Source: Prorocentrum cordatum
Taxonomy: Eukaryota
Assembly (NCBI GenBank): GCA_963575745.1
Contig: CAUYUJ010000018.1
Coordinates: 62,001-119,526 of the forward strand
Direction of reading: 5' to 3'
Length of the DNA: 57,526 nt
Part shown: in pieces, positions 40,201-52,271 of the stretch
Layout: each line of letters begins with the position of its first letter
Position numbering within the stretch: position 1 is the stretch's first letter
The notes under the pieces: model-generated
What the model saw: the letters and a program-made list of their open reading frames with translations, nothing else
What the model was told of the DNA's origin: nothing
Database searches by the model: none
Translations under genes and position numbers: made by a program

Positions 40201-41126
40201 CATCAACATCAACAACAACAAACTCAACAAAAACCATTACGGCCCGCACAATTCTTGAGATCAAATGTGCCCCATGAGATGACATTCCAAAATGAGGGTC
40301 CCGATCCTCCTCCGTCGCCCAAATCATCCTCCTCGTCTTGACCACCCTCATCACGTCCACCGCGACTACCATCGTAGCAACGAGCATCCCCCCACCCGCA
40401 TCTCCCTTGGTATCCCCATTGGTATAACCGCAACCATCACAACTATGATCACCATCAGCATCACAAGCATCAACACAACCATCACCAACATCCCCATCGC
40501 CATCCGTACCAACACCACCATCATCATCATCATCATCAACACCATACGCTTTGTCATATGTAACATCCCCGTCATCACCACCATCCTCATGATCAGCGGC
40601 ATCAACATCCCTATTGCCTCAGCCACCATAAACAACGATTCAGCATCCTCATACAAACTCTTCCTTGCCTGCAGGTACGAGGACTCACACGTCAGGGTCA
40701 TCCGTTGCTTCCTTATCCTCCTCTTCTCTTCCTCCTCGTCCTCCTCCTCCTCCTCCTCCTCCTCCTCCTCCTCCTCCTCCTCTTGCTCCACCTCGTCCGC
40801 CTCGCCGTCATCAGCCTCATCATCGTCATCACCATCATCGTCATCACCGCCATCGTCCTCCACAGAGTCATCACCATCTGACCCACAATCGGGACAATCA
40901 TCATCATCGTCGTCATCGCCAGCGTCATCATCATCGTGATCGCCAGCGCCATCTTCATGGCCGTCGTTACCAGCATCACCATCACCATCAGCATCGTAAT
41001 CAGTATCCATATCCTGACCATGGCCATCATCATACCACAATCATCACCAAGCTCATCATCATCATGTCGCCTTCACCCTCATCATACCACAATCATCATG
41101 AACACCAGCGCCACCAACATCATCAT

Positions 41127-41784
41127 CAACGAAAAGAGGCGGGTCTTACGCGAGATGGCATAGCGACCTTACGTGGCACGGCAGGCGCCGCCGATTGCCG
41201 CCTCACGGGGTTCGACCACCATTATCCTCCTCCGAATCCTCATCCTCACCCTCGTCATCACAACCACCTTCAACATCAGCACCGCCAACATAATCATCAA
41301 TACCAGCATCATCATCATTATCATCATCATCACCACCACCATCATCAACATCACCAACATCATCACCATCAACGAAAAGAGCAGGGTCTTACGCGAGATG
41401 GCATAGCGACCTTACGTGGCACGGCAAGCGCCACCGAGAGCCGCCTCACGGGGTTTGACCGCCATGCTCCACCTCCTCCGAATCCTCATCCTCACCCTCA
41501 TCACCACCACCAGCAGCATCAGCACCATCAACAACATCATCATTAAAACATCAACATCATCGCCATCAACATCAGCATCACCAGCAGCAGCATCAACGAA
41601 AAGAGGCGGGTCTTACGCGAGATGGCATAGCGACCTTACGTGGCACGGCAGGCGCCACCGAGTGCCGCCTCACAGGGTTCGACCGCCATCCTCCTCCTCC
41701 GAATCCTCATCCTCACCCTCGTCATCACAACCACCTTCAACATCAGCACCGTCAACAAAATCATCAACCAACATCACCACCACC

Positions 41785-41846
<62 letters not shown>

Positions 41847-42385
41847 AATCATCATCACCATGATCATCAACATCATCATCAACGAAAAGAGCAGGGTCTT
41901 ACGCGAGATGGCATAACGACCTTACGTGGCACGGCAGGCGCCGCCGATTGCCGCCTCACGGGATTTGACCGCCATGCTCCACCTCCTCCGAGTCCTCATC
42001 CTCACCCTCATCACCACCACCATCATCAGCATCATTACCATCAACAACATCAGAATTACCAGCATCAACATCATCACTATCAACATCAGCATCACCAGCA
42101 GCAGCATTAACGAAAAGAGGCGGGTCTTACGCGAGATGGCATAGCGACCTTACGTGGTACGGCAGGCGCCACCGAATGCCGCCTCACACGGTTCGACCGC
42201 CATCCTCCTCCTCCGAATCCTCATCCTCACCCTCATCATCACCACCACCATCAGCAGTAGCACCATCAACAAGATCATCATTACCAGCATCATCATCATC
42301 ACCATCACCATCAGCATCACCAGCAGCAGCATCAACGAAACGAGAAGAGGCGGGTTTTACGCGAGATGGCATAGCGACCTTACCT
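41127..42385. repeat. Array of six conserved ~90-125-bp cores separated by variable (CAT/CAC/CAA)n spacers
   Basis: The core aacgaaaagag..gggtcttacgcgagatggcatagcgaccttacgtggcacggcaggcgcc starts at ~41127, 41370, 41594, 41880, 42108 and 42333. Confidence 0.95.
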
Positions 42386-43139
42386 GGCCCCAAGAGCGCT
42401 CCCAAGGCTCCCAAAAGCGCCTCAAGAGGCCCAAGAGGCGCCCAGGAGGCCCCAAGAGGCGCCCAATAGGCCTCCAAGAGGCTGCCAGGAGACCCCCAAA
42501 AGGCCACAAGAGGCTCCCCGAAACGCTCCAAGAGGCCCCTGGGACCGGCAAAAAGCCCCCAAGACGCAAGAGAGGCCCAACAGAGCCCCAAGACGGCCCC
42601 AAAGAGCGCCCAAGAGTGTCCCAAGAGCGCTCTAAGAGGGACTCTTCATGTGCGTGCTGCCCACTCCCCTGATCGAGGCAAATCCTCGGGGCATCGTCTC
42701 TGGATGGTGGGGTTACTTGTTTGGTATGCGGGCGCGCGAAGCAAGTCGAACGCCGAGCACGCTAGGGCGGGCCGCGCCGTAGCGAAGAAAACTACAGCGA
42801 AGTAAACTGGTGGGGCTACCTTGCTGGTTACAGCCGCAGACGAAGGCGCCAGCGGCGGGTCGAGTAGGCTCGGCCTACGAGCGAACCTAATTGCCGGCGT
42901 GAGCGCAAAAGAAAACAGGACCTACCGCCGGGCGAAGCAGCTGCGCTGGGGGCCGTGCTGCAACCGCCGAGGCTGAGAACCAGCGCGAAGGGTAGGGACT
43001 GCGAGTTGCTGGGGCTGCCAGGAAGCTGCAAACGTGCGGGTACCATAGAAGCTGGATCGCCAGGTACGTGAATTGGACCTAATTGGTGGGGCTACGCGAA
43101 GCGTCAGAGGAGTGCACCCAGCGCGATCCGAATGCGCCG

Positions 43140-43960
43140 CATTGCGCTCGTATAGGGCGCACCCAGGGCGCCCCCAGGACGCCCCACCCAGGGGGGGCGC
43201 CCTCAGGGCGCGCCAAGGAGCGCCCCCGCGGCGCCCACAGAAGGGTCTGCGGGGGACACACAGTGAACTGCTGGTGCGCTCCAGGAGGCGCGCGCAGGGC
43301 ACGCAGGGAACGATCGCAAGGCCAGGGAGCGCCCCGAGGGCGCCCTTCCGCGCGCCCCCAGGGCGCCCGAAGTGGTGCCCCAGGGCGCCCCAGGGAACGT
43401 GCCCACGGTGCACGGGGAGCGTTCGCAAGGAGCGTTCGCAGGGCGCCCCCAGTGAATCCCCAGGAAACGTGCCCAGGAGCGCCCCCGCTCCACGGAACGC
43501 ACCCAGCGCGATCCCAGTGAGCCCCCAGTGCGCTCCAGCATGGCGCACTCGAGGGAGCGCTCTCAGGGCGCTTTCAGAACGCTCCCAGTGAGCTCCCAGG
43601 AAACGTGCCCACAGCGCTGCCAGGGCACTTCTACGACGTCCCCAGGGAGCGCTCCCAGTGCGCTCCAGCGCTCCCAGGGCGGCCACAGGGAGCGTCCCCA
43701 AGGCGCTCCCACTGCACCCCTGATGAAGGCACATGGCATATGGCACCCTGAAGGGCGCTATCACTGCACCCCAAGGAGCGCCCCCAGTGTGACCCCAGCG
43801 CCCCCCCCAGCGCGATCCCAATGCACCCCAGGGAGCGCTCCCAGTACGCCCCCAGCGCCTCCCCCGGCACGATCCACATGCGCTCCATGGAGCGTGCCCA
43901 GGGCGCATAGGGAGCGCCCCCAGAACGCATGCAGGGAGCGTGCACAGTGCGCCCCGAAGG
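43140..43960. repeat. Degenerate GC-rich minisatellite (gggagcgc.cccag motifs)
   Basis: Recurrent cccagggagcgc / gcgcccccag words. Confidence 0.65.
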
Positions 43961-44514
43961 GTAAAATGGCATGCGCCTGCCCCTCCCCCTTGTTGCGCCC
44001 TCCTTCCCCCGCCCAAATACGCCGTTTGTTGTGCTTCCCTCCGCCACGTTGCGCCCCCCCCCCCCATCCCCCCCCGGCGCTCCCGCTCGAGCGTTGCGCG
44101 CTTGCGGTTGCGAGCCCCCCCCGCAACTCCTCCCGGGGGTACCAGAATCACGTCCTCGTCAACAACAGCAACAAGAATCATTCTAAGACTGTTCGCTCTT
44201 ACTTGTCCGTGTGTCATTCAAAACGAGTTCCCCACACCCTCGATACCCGCCCTTTCTGTCTTCGATCACACCCCCTTGGGGGGAATTCTTTCTCTTTGCG
44301 GGGGGCGGCGGGCTTAGACAGGCGGGCAAACCTGAACGGGCGAACAATCCTTCGTGGGCGTACATGTGCCCGCCATTGGACTTGGTGTGGGCCCTGCAAA
44401 AAGAGGAGGGGGAAGAACGAGGAAGAGTGGGAGGGGCGCAGGTAGAGGGCAAACGCCAGGAGAGAAGGAGCGAAGAGGGGGGCGGTTGATTAGAGGCAGC
44501 GGTTGATTAGAGGC

Positions 44515-44581
<67 letters not shown>

Positions 44582-44603
44582 GAGAAAGACAGATCAGAGA
44601 GGT

Positions 44604-44638
<35 letters not shown>

Positions 44639-45084
44639 AAACGACAAAAAGAAAGAAAGACGGAGGGAGGAGGCAGGAGAGGGGAGGGAGAAGGGAGGAG
44701 GGAGAGGAGGGAGAGGGGATAGGGCAGAGAGGCATAAGGATGAGGGAAGAGAGGAGGGAGAGAGAAGGGAGGAGAGGAGGGAGGAGGGAGGAGGGAGAGG
44801 GAGGAGGAGGAGCAAGGTAAGAGCGTGAACGTTCGAGGAAGTCCTACGCGAAAGCGCCGGGCGATCCCCTGGCGGGCGGGTCGAGCGGGTGGACATTCAA
44901 GCGGGATGCCTGAGTATGGCGAGAGCGCGATTACTAAGTAAATTGTAACGCCGCCCTTGGCGCAGCGTGTTTCCTGAGCGTCGAAAGCGCGATTTCTGAA
45001 ACAAACGCATGGAAGTCACAGGCGAAAGCGCAATTCCTGAATCAAATGTGAAGGGTTCTCTGGCGGGAGCGGGCGTCTTGATTA

Positions 45085-45292
45085 AAGTGCGAGGAAGTCT
45101 TGATTCAATTGCGAGGAAGTCTCAGCGGGAGCGCCCTTCCTGAGTAAATTGTGAGGAAGTCTCAAGCGGGAGCGGGGGTCCTGACTAAATTGCGAGGAAG
45201 TCACAAGCGGGAGCACCGATCCTGAGTAAATTGTGAGGAAGTCTCAGGAGCGGGGGTCCTGAGTAAATTTGAAGGAACTCTCAGGCGGGAGC
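45085..45292. repeat. ~41-bp tandem minisatellite
   Basis: gaggaagtctca.gcgggagcg....tcctgagtaaattg repeated about 5 times. Confidence 0.8.
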
Positions 45293-46815
45293 CGTTGTTG
45301 ATGTAATCCGGGGGGCCAGGGGCCCAGTTTGAGCAGGAAGACTTTCCCTGTCAAAAAACAGGGTGCGAGCGTCGAGATGCACACTTTGATTGAGAAAAGG
45401 GAGTATGCACCGGTGAGGGGGGATCAACAATAATTATTCTTCAGAAGTGAGAGTTCAACAACAATAACAACAACATAGCAACGACGCAACAACAATCCGC
45501 ACCGCAGAACCTCAGCTCAGCCAACTGCCCGTGGACAGTGAATGACCGTGCGGCCCCCTCACCCTGGCCAGTTTGGCTCGTTGTGGCGGCAGGATGGCTG
45601 AGGGGGAAGGGGTAAAGAACCCGGCGAAAGGGAAGAAGAGGACTGGCCGAGGAGCTGCTCTAAAAACACCTGCGCGCAGAGGTCTGGTGCGCACCTTGCG
45701 CGCTCGGCCCCGCCACTCTGACGTTCATGCAACTTCTCTGGTTCGAATAATTATCTTTTCACCGATCCCCATCCCCAGCGGCGTGGCCTGGGCCCCGCCG
45801 ATTTACCCTCTCGATGGGGATACGGGTTGTTCTCTTCGGGTCTCGAGGGGTGTCTCCCCAACTGGGGCGGTAATTTGGTGGGGGTCTCGAATCGGGCGTT
45901 GGCAGAACTGGGTTAGTTTAGTGGGACCTGGTTTAGTGATGTGTACCGGGGGACGCCCTCCGGCCCCGTTCCTCTAACCGGAACTGCCATCACCCGAAAA
46001 AACACCCGCTACGGCAGACCTGGTTTAGTGATCCTGGCCAATTCTTGGGGGGCTCCAGGGCCCTACCACTGACCAGGTCCCCTTCTACCTGGGGCCCTGG
46101 CTATACACCCGATCGAAGGGGATGGAGATGGGGACGGGGCTCGGCCCAACGATGCCGATGGCCCCTGGAGGCAACACCGCGGCCGCCCGCGCGCCTGCGC
46201 CGGGGGCGCGGCCGCGGCCCAGTGCTGCAGCAGCGACGCGTCCCGGCGCTCGGCGCGCCGGGCCTCCTGCCGGCGGGGCTCGGCCGGCCTCCTCGGCGGC
46301 CTCCTCGGGCGGCCTTCGGCGGCCTCCGTCGGCGCGCGGGGCTGTTTTCGGCCCTCGGGCCGAAGTCCGAGGCCCCAGCTCCTGCAGGCCTCGGCTCGCC
46401 TCTGAGGGCGGCCGAGCTCCCCTTGGGCACTTCGAGCTCGAGGTCAGCCGCGACGACGAGACCGGGCGGGCCGATGATTCTCGCGTGCGGCAGCAAGCGC
46501 AGCAAGCGAGGAGGAGCGCGCGGGCGCGCGCCGCTTTGCCTTCGGCCACGCGAGCCGACATGTTATCGGCGGCGGCGGTTTCCTCTCCGACCCTCGATCC
46601 TCGGACGGGGGGGAGGACAAGAAAGAGCGGAGCGGGGAGAGGGCCCAGACGGACCCAGACACTTCCCAGAACCTTCAGCGGGGAGAGCGCTCAAAATAAA
46701 CCGCGGTAACGTCACACACACACACGCGCGCGTGCACACGCACACTCTCACTCTCACACGCTCTCACACTCTCTCTCACACACACACGCACACACACACA
46801 CACACACGCACACAC

Positions 46816-46861
<46 letters not shown>

Positions 46862-47375
46862 ACCGCCTAAGAGCACTAGTTCACCCCCGGACCCCACCCA
46901 AGAATACAAGGACGGAGGAAACCCCAATGCAGGCAGAGCAGGGAGGGGGGCAAACGCGCCGTGTGGCCCCAGCGAGAGCGCAAAATTATCCCAGCGAGGG
47001 CAAGAACCCAGTCACCCCCCCACGCGATATACTTCAGATGGATCTTACGCTTCAAGCGGCGCCCACTCCCACGCCGAAGAACATCTCCGCTCGGACGGGG
47101 ACCGAGACCGCGTGGCACTGCAGCCAATAGCCGGCTGCCAAGCCTTTGCTGGCGCGCGCTCGTCGACGTGCCGCGGTCGTGCGCGCGGTGAGTGCCGAAT
47201 CGCGGGGGGGGCCTCGGGCAAAGGCGGGCCGCGGCCCTCGGCCCCCTGCGACCCGCCCGGGGCCCCCTTCCGAGAGAGGGCCGAAGCAGTTTAAACAATT
47301 ACCCCCCTCGGGAAAAGTTTAGACACCAAGCAAAACAAAACAACTCGATCTAAAACCAATGTACCACATACATAG

Positions 47376-47436
<61 letters not shown>

Positions 47437-47466
47437 TAAACAATATATATATATATATATATATAT

Positions 47467-47963
47467 GTGAGCTCCATTTTTTTCGAGGCCAGGTGGGTGC
47501 TAAGACGCCGATCCAGTAGCAGTTCGCCCGGCAACCGGGACACAGAAAAGCCAGAGGCCGCCTTGGGAAACCTCAAGCACGGCCGCTCGACCTCTCCGAG
47601 ACCTCTGTGCAGATCCGCAGGGAGGGAACTTAAAGGGGGGGCGCTTGAGCCATCGAGGTCACGGACATACAAGTCGACACGAAAATGCAATGCCGCGGGA
47701 CCCTGCGAAAAACGACCCCTTTTGGCTGAAATGGGTCGTTTTCTCCGGCGGCACGCATTCGTGAGGCGTGACCCCAAGGCGGCCCATCCCCGAGACATTA
47801 GCTAACAAAGGCGTGATAAACACTTGGCATGTGAGCTCCATTTTTCTCGAGGCCAGGTGGGTGCTAAGACGCCGATCCAGTAGCAGTTCGCCCGGCAGCC
47901 GGGACACAGAAAAGCCAGAGGCCGCCTTGGGAAACCTCAAGCACGGCCGCTCGACCTCTCCGA
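47467..47963 (-). repeat. 3' terminal block B1-A2-(42-nt spacer)-B2
   Basis: The B copies are 133 nt with 2 mismatches seen. A2 is 189 nt and identical by eye to A1. Confidence 0.95.
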
Positions 47964-48005
47964 ATTTGCTCCAAAGCACACTCTGGCCGAAGGCCTGGAT
48001 TATAA

Positions 48006-48731
48006 TTATCCGAATGGTTTAGAGAGCGGGCGAAGGATCTTGTCAGCAAAACAGCGCACAAACGCGGAGCAGAGCCGTGAGGGGTTGGGCTCTGCGAGCT
48101 TGCTAGATTTAATGCCACAGGGATGGTTGCCAATGATTTCTACGTGCCGCTTGCCTGAGAAAGAGCATACGCCTCGGCCGCAACAGGTTACACAGAGGTG
48201 CCTGCACGAGAGGTGAGCACAAAGAAACCTGGTGCGCTTGCGCCAGGGGGCCCCCCAGGCGCAGTAGTCAGTGACGCAAGTATCGATATCCTGGGTCCTG
48301 GCCAGGCTCTCGAACGCTTTCACATTCCACAGAAGGCTAGTGTGGGGATTCTCGACGACGCAAGGGATGCCTAACCTCCTGCAAAGGTCGAGGAGGCTGG
48401 AGGCAACTTTACACAAGCGATTAGCTACGTTGACGACGCGCTGGTCTGATGGGGAGAGGGAAGGAAGGCCGAGAGGAAAGGCCCGGGACCGAACAGGCGA
48501 GAAGAGGCACCGGAGGGCCGAGAAGGAGGAGCAGGGAGGAGCCAGCCAGACAGCAGCTATCAGACCAGCGCGCGCCCAACCTCGAATTTTGCGAACGAGG
48601 CTCTCATTCAACAGATCGAAGTGAGCACCGTGCCGAATGTCAACTTCAATTATCTCGATGTGCTTCAGGGCGGCAGAGCGGCGCCAGGCACGAGCAAAGC
48701 GCCCTGCGCCTGAGAAAAGTTCCAGAGCAAT
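48006..48731 (-). CDS. C5 cytosine DNA methyltransferase domain (start uncertain; possibly fused to YR)
   Basis: Motif I LELFSGAG, motif IV APPCSSFS, motif VI VVENP, motif VIII-like GAPWRKRTRF, C-terminal AEPNPSRLC; uninterrupted frame. Confidence 0.9.
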   Translation of the reverse strand: MALELFSGAGRFARAWRRSAALKHIEIIEVDIRHGAHFDLLNESLVRKIRGWARAGLIAAVWLAPPCSSFSALRCLFSPVRSRAFPLGLPSLSPSDQRVVNVANRLCKVASSLLDLCRRLGIPCVVENPHTSLLWNVKAFESLARTQDIDTCVTDYCAWGAPWRKRTRFLCAHLSCRHLCVTCCGRGVCSFSGKRHVEIIGNHPCGIKSSKLAEPNPSRLCSAFVRCFADKILRPLSKPFG

Positions 48732-48742
48732 CTGTCGCCCGC

Positions 48743-49981
48743 TCAGCGCAGCACGCCGGACGGCATCCTCAAGATGTTCGAGCCGATGCTGGCCGCAGCG
48801 GCGTAGGCCCGGCGCTGGACGGCCTCCGACGCCCGCTGCAGCTGCGTGGGCAGGAGTCCGCTCTTCTCGTAGCGGCGCACGCTGCTGTCCGCCGCCCACC
48901 GCCCCCGCTTCTTGATCTCGGCGAGCGGGCGGGCGCGGGTGGCCAGCTCGTGGCTGGCCCCCCCGTGGCGGAGCTGATACAGCGTGGGCGGTCCAAGGCC
49001 GCCGAGGCCCGCGTCTACCGCGGCCCGGGGGAACAGGGCGGCCCAGGTCGCGTGCGTCAGGCCGAGCAGCGGCTGCGTTGCGCTGCGGCCGGCTCGGAGG
49101 CGGGTCAGGAGGCCCCCCACCCACCAGAACTCAGTGTTGTCGTGGCTCGGCGACTCGTCGAACTCGCCTGTTTCGGACGGGGTGCTGTTCTCCGACGCAT
49201 TCAGCAGCGGGGTCTAAAGGGCGAGGGCTCTGGGCCCTCCCCGCGGCGGCGGGACGGCGTCCTTCACCCGCAGGCGGAGAAGCTCCGACGGCCGGGTGTA
49301 GAACACGAAGCACAGGAGCGTCGCCGCAGCCGCCGCCCAGTGGCCCTGGCCGATCAGCGCGTCCGCTATCAGCGCCACGAAGGGCCACGGGAAGGGCCAG
49401 CGCGACCGGTTGGGCGCCGCCCTCGAGAAGCCCAGGAGGGCCCGCCTCGCCCGCGGCAGCTCTGGCGCCTTCGGCGACAGGTCCTGCCGGCAGTACGTCA
49501 GGGCGGCCAGCAGGAAGGTGCCCGCGGAGCTCGGGAAGCCCTCGAAGAGCTGCTCGTGGAGGTAGGCCGTCACCGCCGAGTCGAGCTGCGTGGTGTTGCT
49601 GATCGCCATGTTGGCCGTCGCGCACCAAAGGTAGAACTGGCTCACGATGTGCTTGTACCGGTTCTCCTGAGGCTTCTTCACGGTGCGCCTCTCGAGCAGG
49701 GTCAGGCCGTGCTCGTCGGTCGCGGGCTCCCCGCCGTAGACCCTGCGGCGCCGGACTGCTCGGTCGGCTCGCAGGTTCGGCTCGATCCCGCGGGAGGGCG
49801 GCGGGCGGCCCGCTGCAGGCCTCTCGCGGCACCTCCGGCGAGCCGAGAGCGCGGTCACCAGAGGGGGCGGCGAGCTCATCAGAGGGGCCGAAGTCGACGC
49901 CGAAGGCCCGGCCAAGGCTGGCTGCAAAGGCGCGGACGCGGCGGTCTCGCTGGCCGTAGGAGTCCCCGCCCAGCGGAGCAT
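48743..49981 (-). pseudogene. Tyrosine recombinase, frameshifted near 49215
   Basis: YTRPSELL (catalytic Arg), PSETGEFD (Lys position appears changed to Glu), LYQLRHGGAS, RGRW, VRRY (catalytic Tyr). Confidence 0.9.
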
Positions 49982-50049
49982 GCCTCGGCGCCGGCAGCGC
50001 GGCCGGCGGCGGGTCGGCTTCGCGGGGCCGGGTCGAGGCCTCAGCCCAG

Positions 50050-52271
50050 TCCCCCCTTTTGAGTCTCGAGCCGCGGTCAGCGGGGTTGCGCTCTGAGGGG
50101 AGCCAGCGCCACCGAGAGGTCATGTTGAAGGCCAGGTTAAGGCCGCCAATCTGCCGGCAGACTCTCATCAGCTTCGAGGATGATCGACCCTTGGATACGG
50201 CAAGGATGCTAGCCATGGCGTCTCCCAAGAACAAGTGGCGCTTCCCGAAGTTGGCCAGGGACCGCGTCTTGTGGAGGTGGGCCAAGACCATGCTGCGGCC
50301 CTCGAGGATCACCTGGGCCTCTGACCGGGCCCATCTCTTAGCTAAGACACGGCGCCACTCGCCATCCCACACGTCCGAGCCGATGTCGAGCGCACCCTCG
50401 GGGACCTCAGGAGCAGGACCGTCTATAGCAAAACCGCCAAGAGTAGCCAGAGCAAGAGCGTGGTCCCGAGGTCGATAACCCAGCTCGTCTTGTCGAGAAA
50501 ACCTCCACCTCTCGTTGAATCGACCGAGCGACATGACGACGTCGACCGGCACTCTCTGCTGCACGATGCAACCTCCCCAGGACGACGCGTCGACGGCGAG
50601 GACATCTTCAGACCAGGCAGCCCCGAGATCCCGAGAAGCGAGAAGTATAAGCCCAGCGGCCCAGCCAAGCTCACGGCGAACAGAAGCCCACAGCCGGCGG
50701 CGACGGGGTCCAGCGTCAGCTGCGAAGGAGTAACATGCATAAACACGCATAACAATTCACGGCGTACAAGTGCACGAGTCGTGTAGTGCGACATAATGAC
50801 AGTTAGAGTGCCCCCACTTGCGTACCCCTCAATGAGAATATGCTGAATGGGCAATCTGATCCTCCAGGCGACCCGGGGGCTCAACCCGACAGTAGCATTC
50901 TCGTCCGAGAAAGTCCAGCCTAGTGCAGTGGTGCCGGGACCAGCCTCAACTGGATGAGTGGGAAGGTCGACCCCGCTCAACTCCTGCTGAACCGCTTCCG
51001 CCACCCCTCCGACGACTTCTCGATCCTTCCCGAAGGCGAAAAAGCTGTCGACATACTCCGTGCGTGAAGGGCTCCAGGCTGGGAGGAGGAAGGTGATCGA
51101 CGACAGCGTTCTTTTCTGAGACGCCAGGCACCAGCCGGGCCCGATGCTCCAGCACCTGCTGACACGCCCAAAGAGAAAGCTTCCAACCCATCGGGATCAC
51201 CTTCAGGACTGGGAAGAGGTATTGGCCTCGTCTGATAGCCCGGCCATGGGCTGACGAGACATTCACCAGGTCGGCGCGGATCCTAGGAAAAACGAACATG
51301 CCTCGAAGGGCCTCTGGTAACTGCACGTTGTAGAAAGCGTTTACGATATCGACCGAGCCGACCTGGATGGGCGCAGCGCTGTCAACCTCGATGGCGGAAA
51401 AGGCGGCCCCAGAGGCCAGCGAGACAGGGTCACTGTCGCGAAAATGGCACGATGGTAGCCGACCATCGACAATCAAACGATATCTTCCTGACTTAGTATA
51501 TGCGAAGAACAGGCCGCAAGAGACCTCGCCCGTCAGACGCCACTCGATCAGGTCACAGTCGGCCATCCTGCGCAGCAGCTCCGCGTACAGGGCGGGCGAC
51601 CGCTTGAGGGCGGGGTCGGAGTAAGGCCGAGCGGGCCCCTGAAGTTTAGCTATCTCCCTGCCAGTGGATTCTGGCAAGCGCAATTGAATTAGTCACTCAG
51701 CAATCTCTTTGCCCCGATCTCCAGCCAGATGCTCAAGAGAACGCGAGACCGACCCAGCAGCCGGCAAGTCGATCAGGTGGGCGGTGTCCATGCTGAGGGG
51801 AGCGATCACGGCGCCTTCGCCGTAAGCACTCTTAGCCCGGAGCGCTTGCAGGGCTCCTGGGCCGCTCATGTCGCCCGGCGGCGGGCCCATGGACAAGACA
51901 GACTGGCGAATCGAGTTGAGACTGGCCTGCTGACTCGCCGAAGGGCCACGATTCATCCGTGGACAAGATGAGCCAAGGTACAAATCGTTCAACGTGCCGG
52001 CAAATTCATCGCACACCATATCGACGTGGTTAGTGCGCTGTAGCCGACGACGAGTAGACCTGCCAAGATGTACAGCAGCTCCACTAAAGCCTCGATGCAA
52101 AACTGTATGGGGACGAGGAAGAGGCAGCAAGTTCCGCTGTCGCTCGTCTGCCCAAAAAGGATGGCTGAGAGCAGGCTGCCCCCCGGTCGCCAGTCCAGGA
52201 GGCCCTCCCCGAAGGTCACGTTCGTGCCGGGGCTGGCTGGGAGGTCTCTCCAGCCCCGGAGGGGCGAACAT
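50050..52271 (-). pseudogene. Pol: reverse transcriptase + RNase H, with an in-frame TGA (51695-51693) and frameshifts near 51060 and 50745
   Basis: GLFFAYTKSGRYRLIVDGR, DIVNAFY, IPMGW, YVDS, LGW. RNase H: VDASSWG, ILEG, LGDA, KGRSSS, WLPSERNPADRGSR. Confidence 0.92.

Noticed and set aside
41127..42385. CRISPR array
   Set aside because: The repeats are too long, the spacers are related microsatellites, there are no cas genes, and the context is eukaryotic.
46140..46490. ABC-ATPase-like peptides (VVAADLELEVPKG; GAIGIVGPS) on the minus strand
   Set aside because: No GKS/T Walker A follows and the splice phase is ambiguous; possibly exons, but the product cannot be supported.
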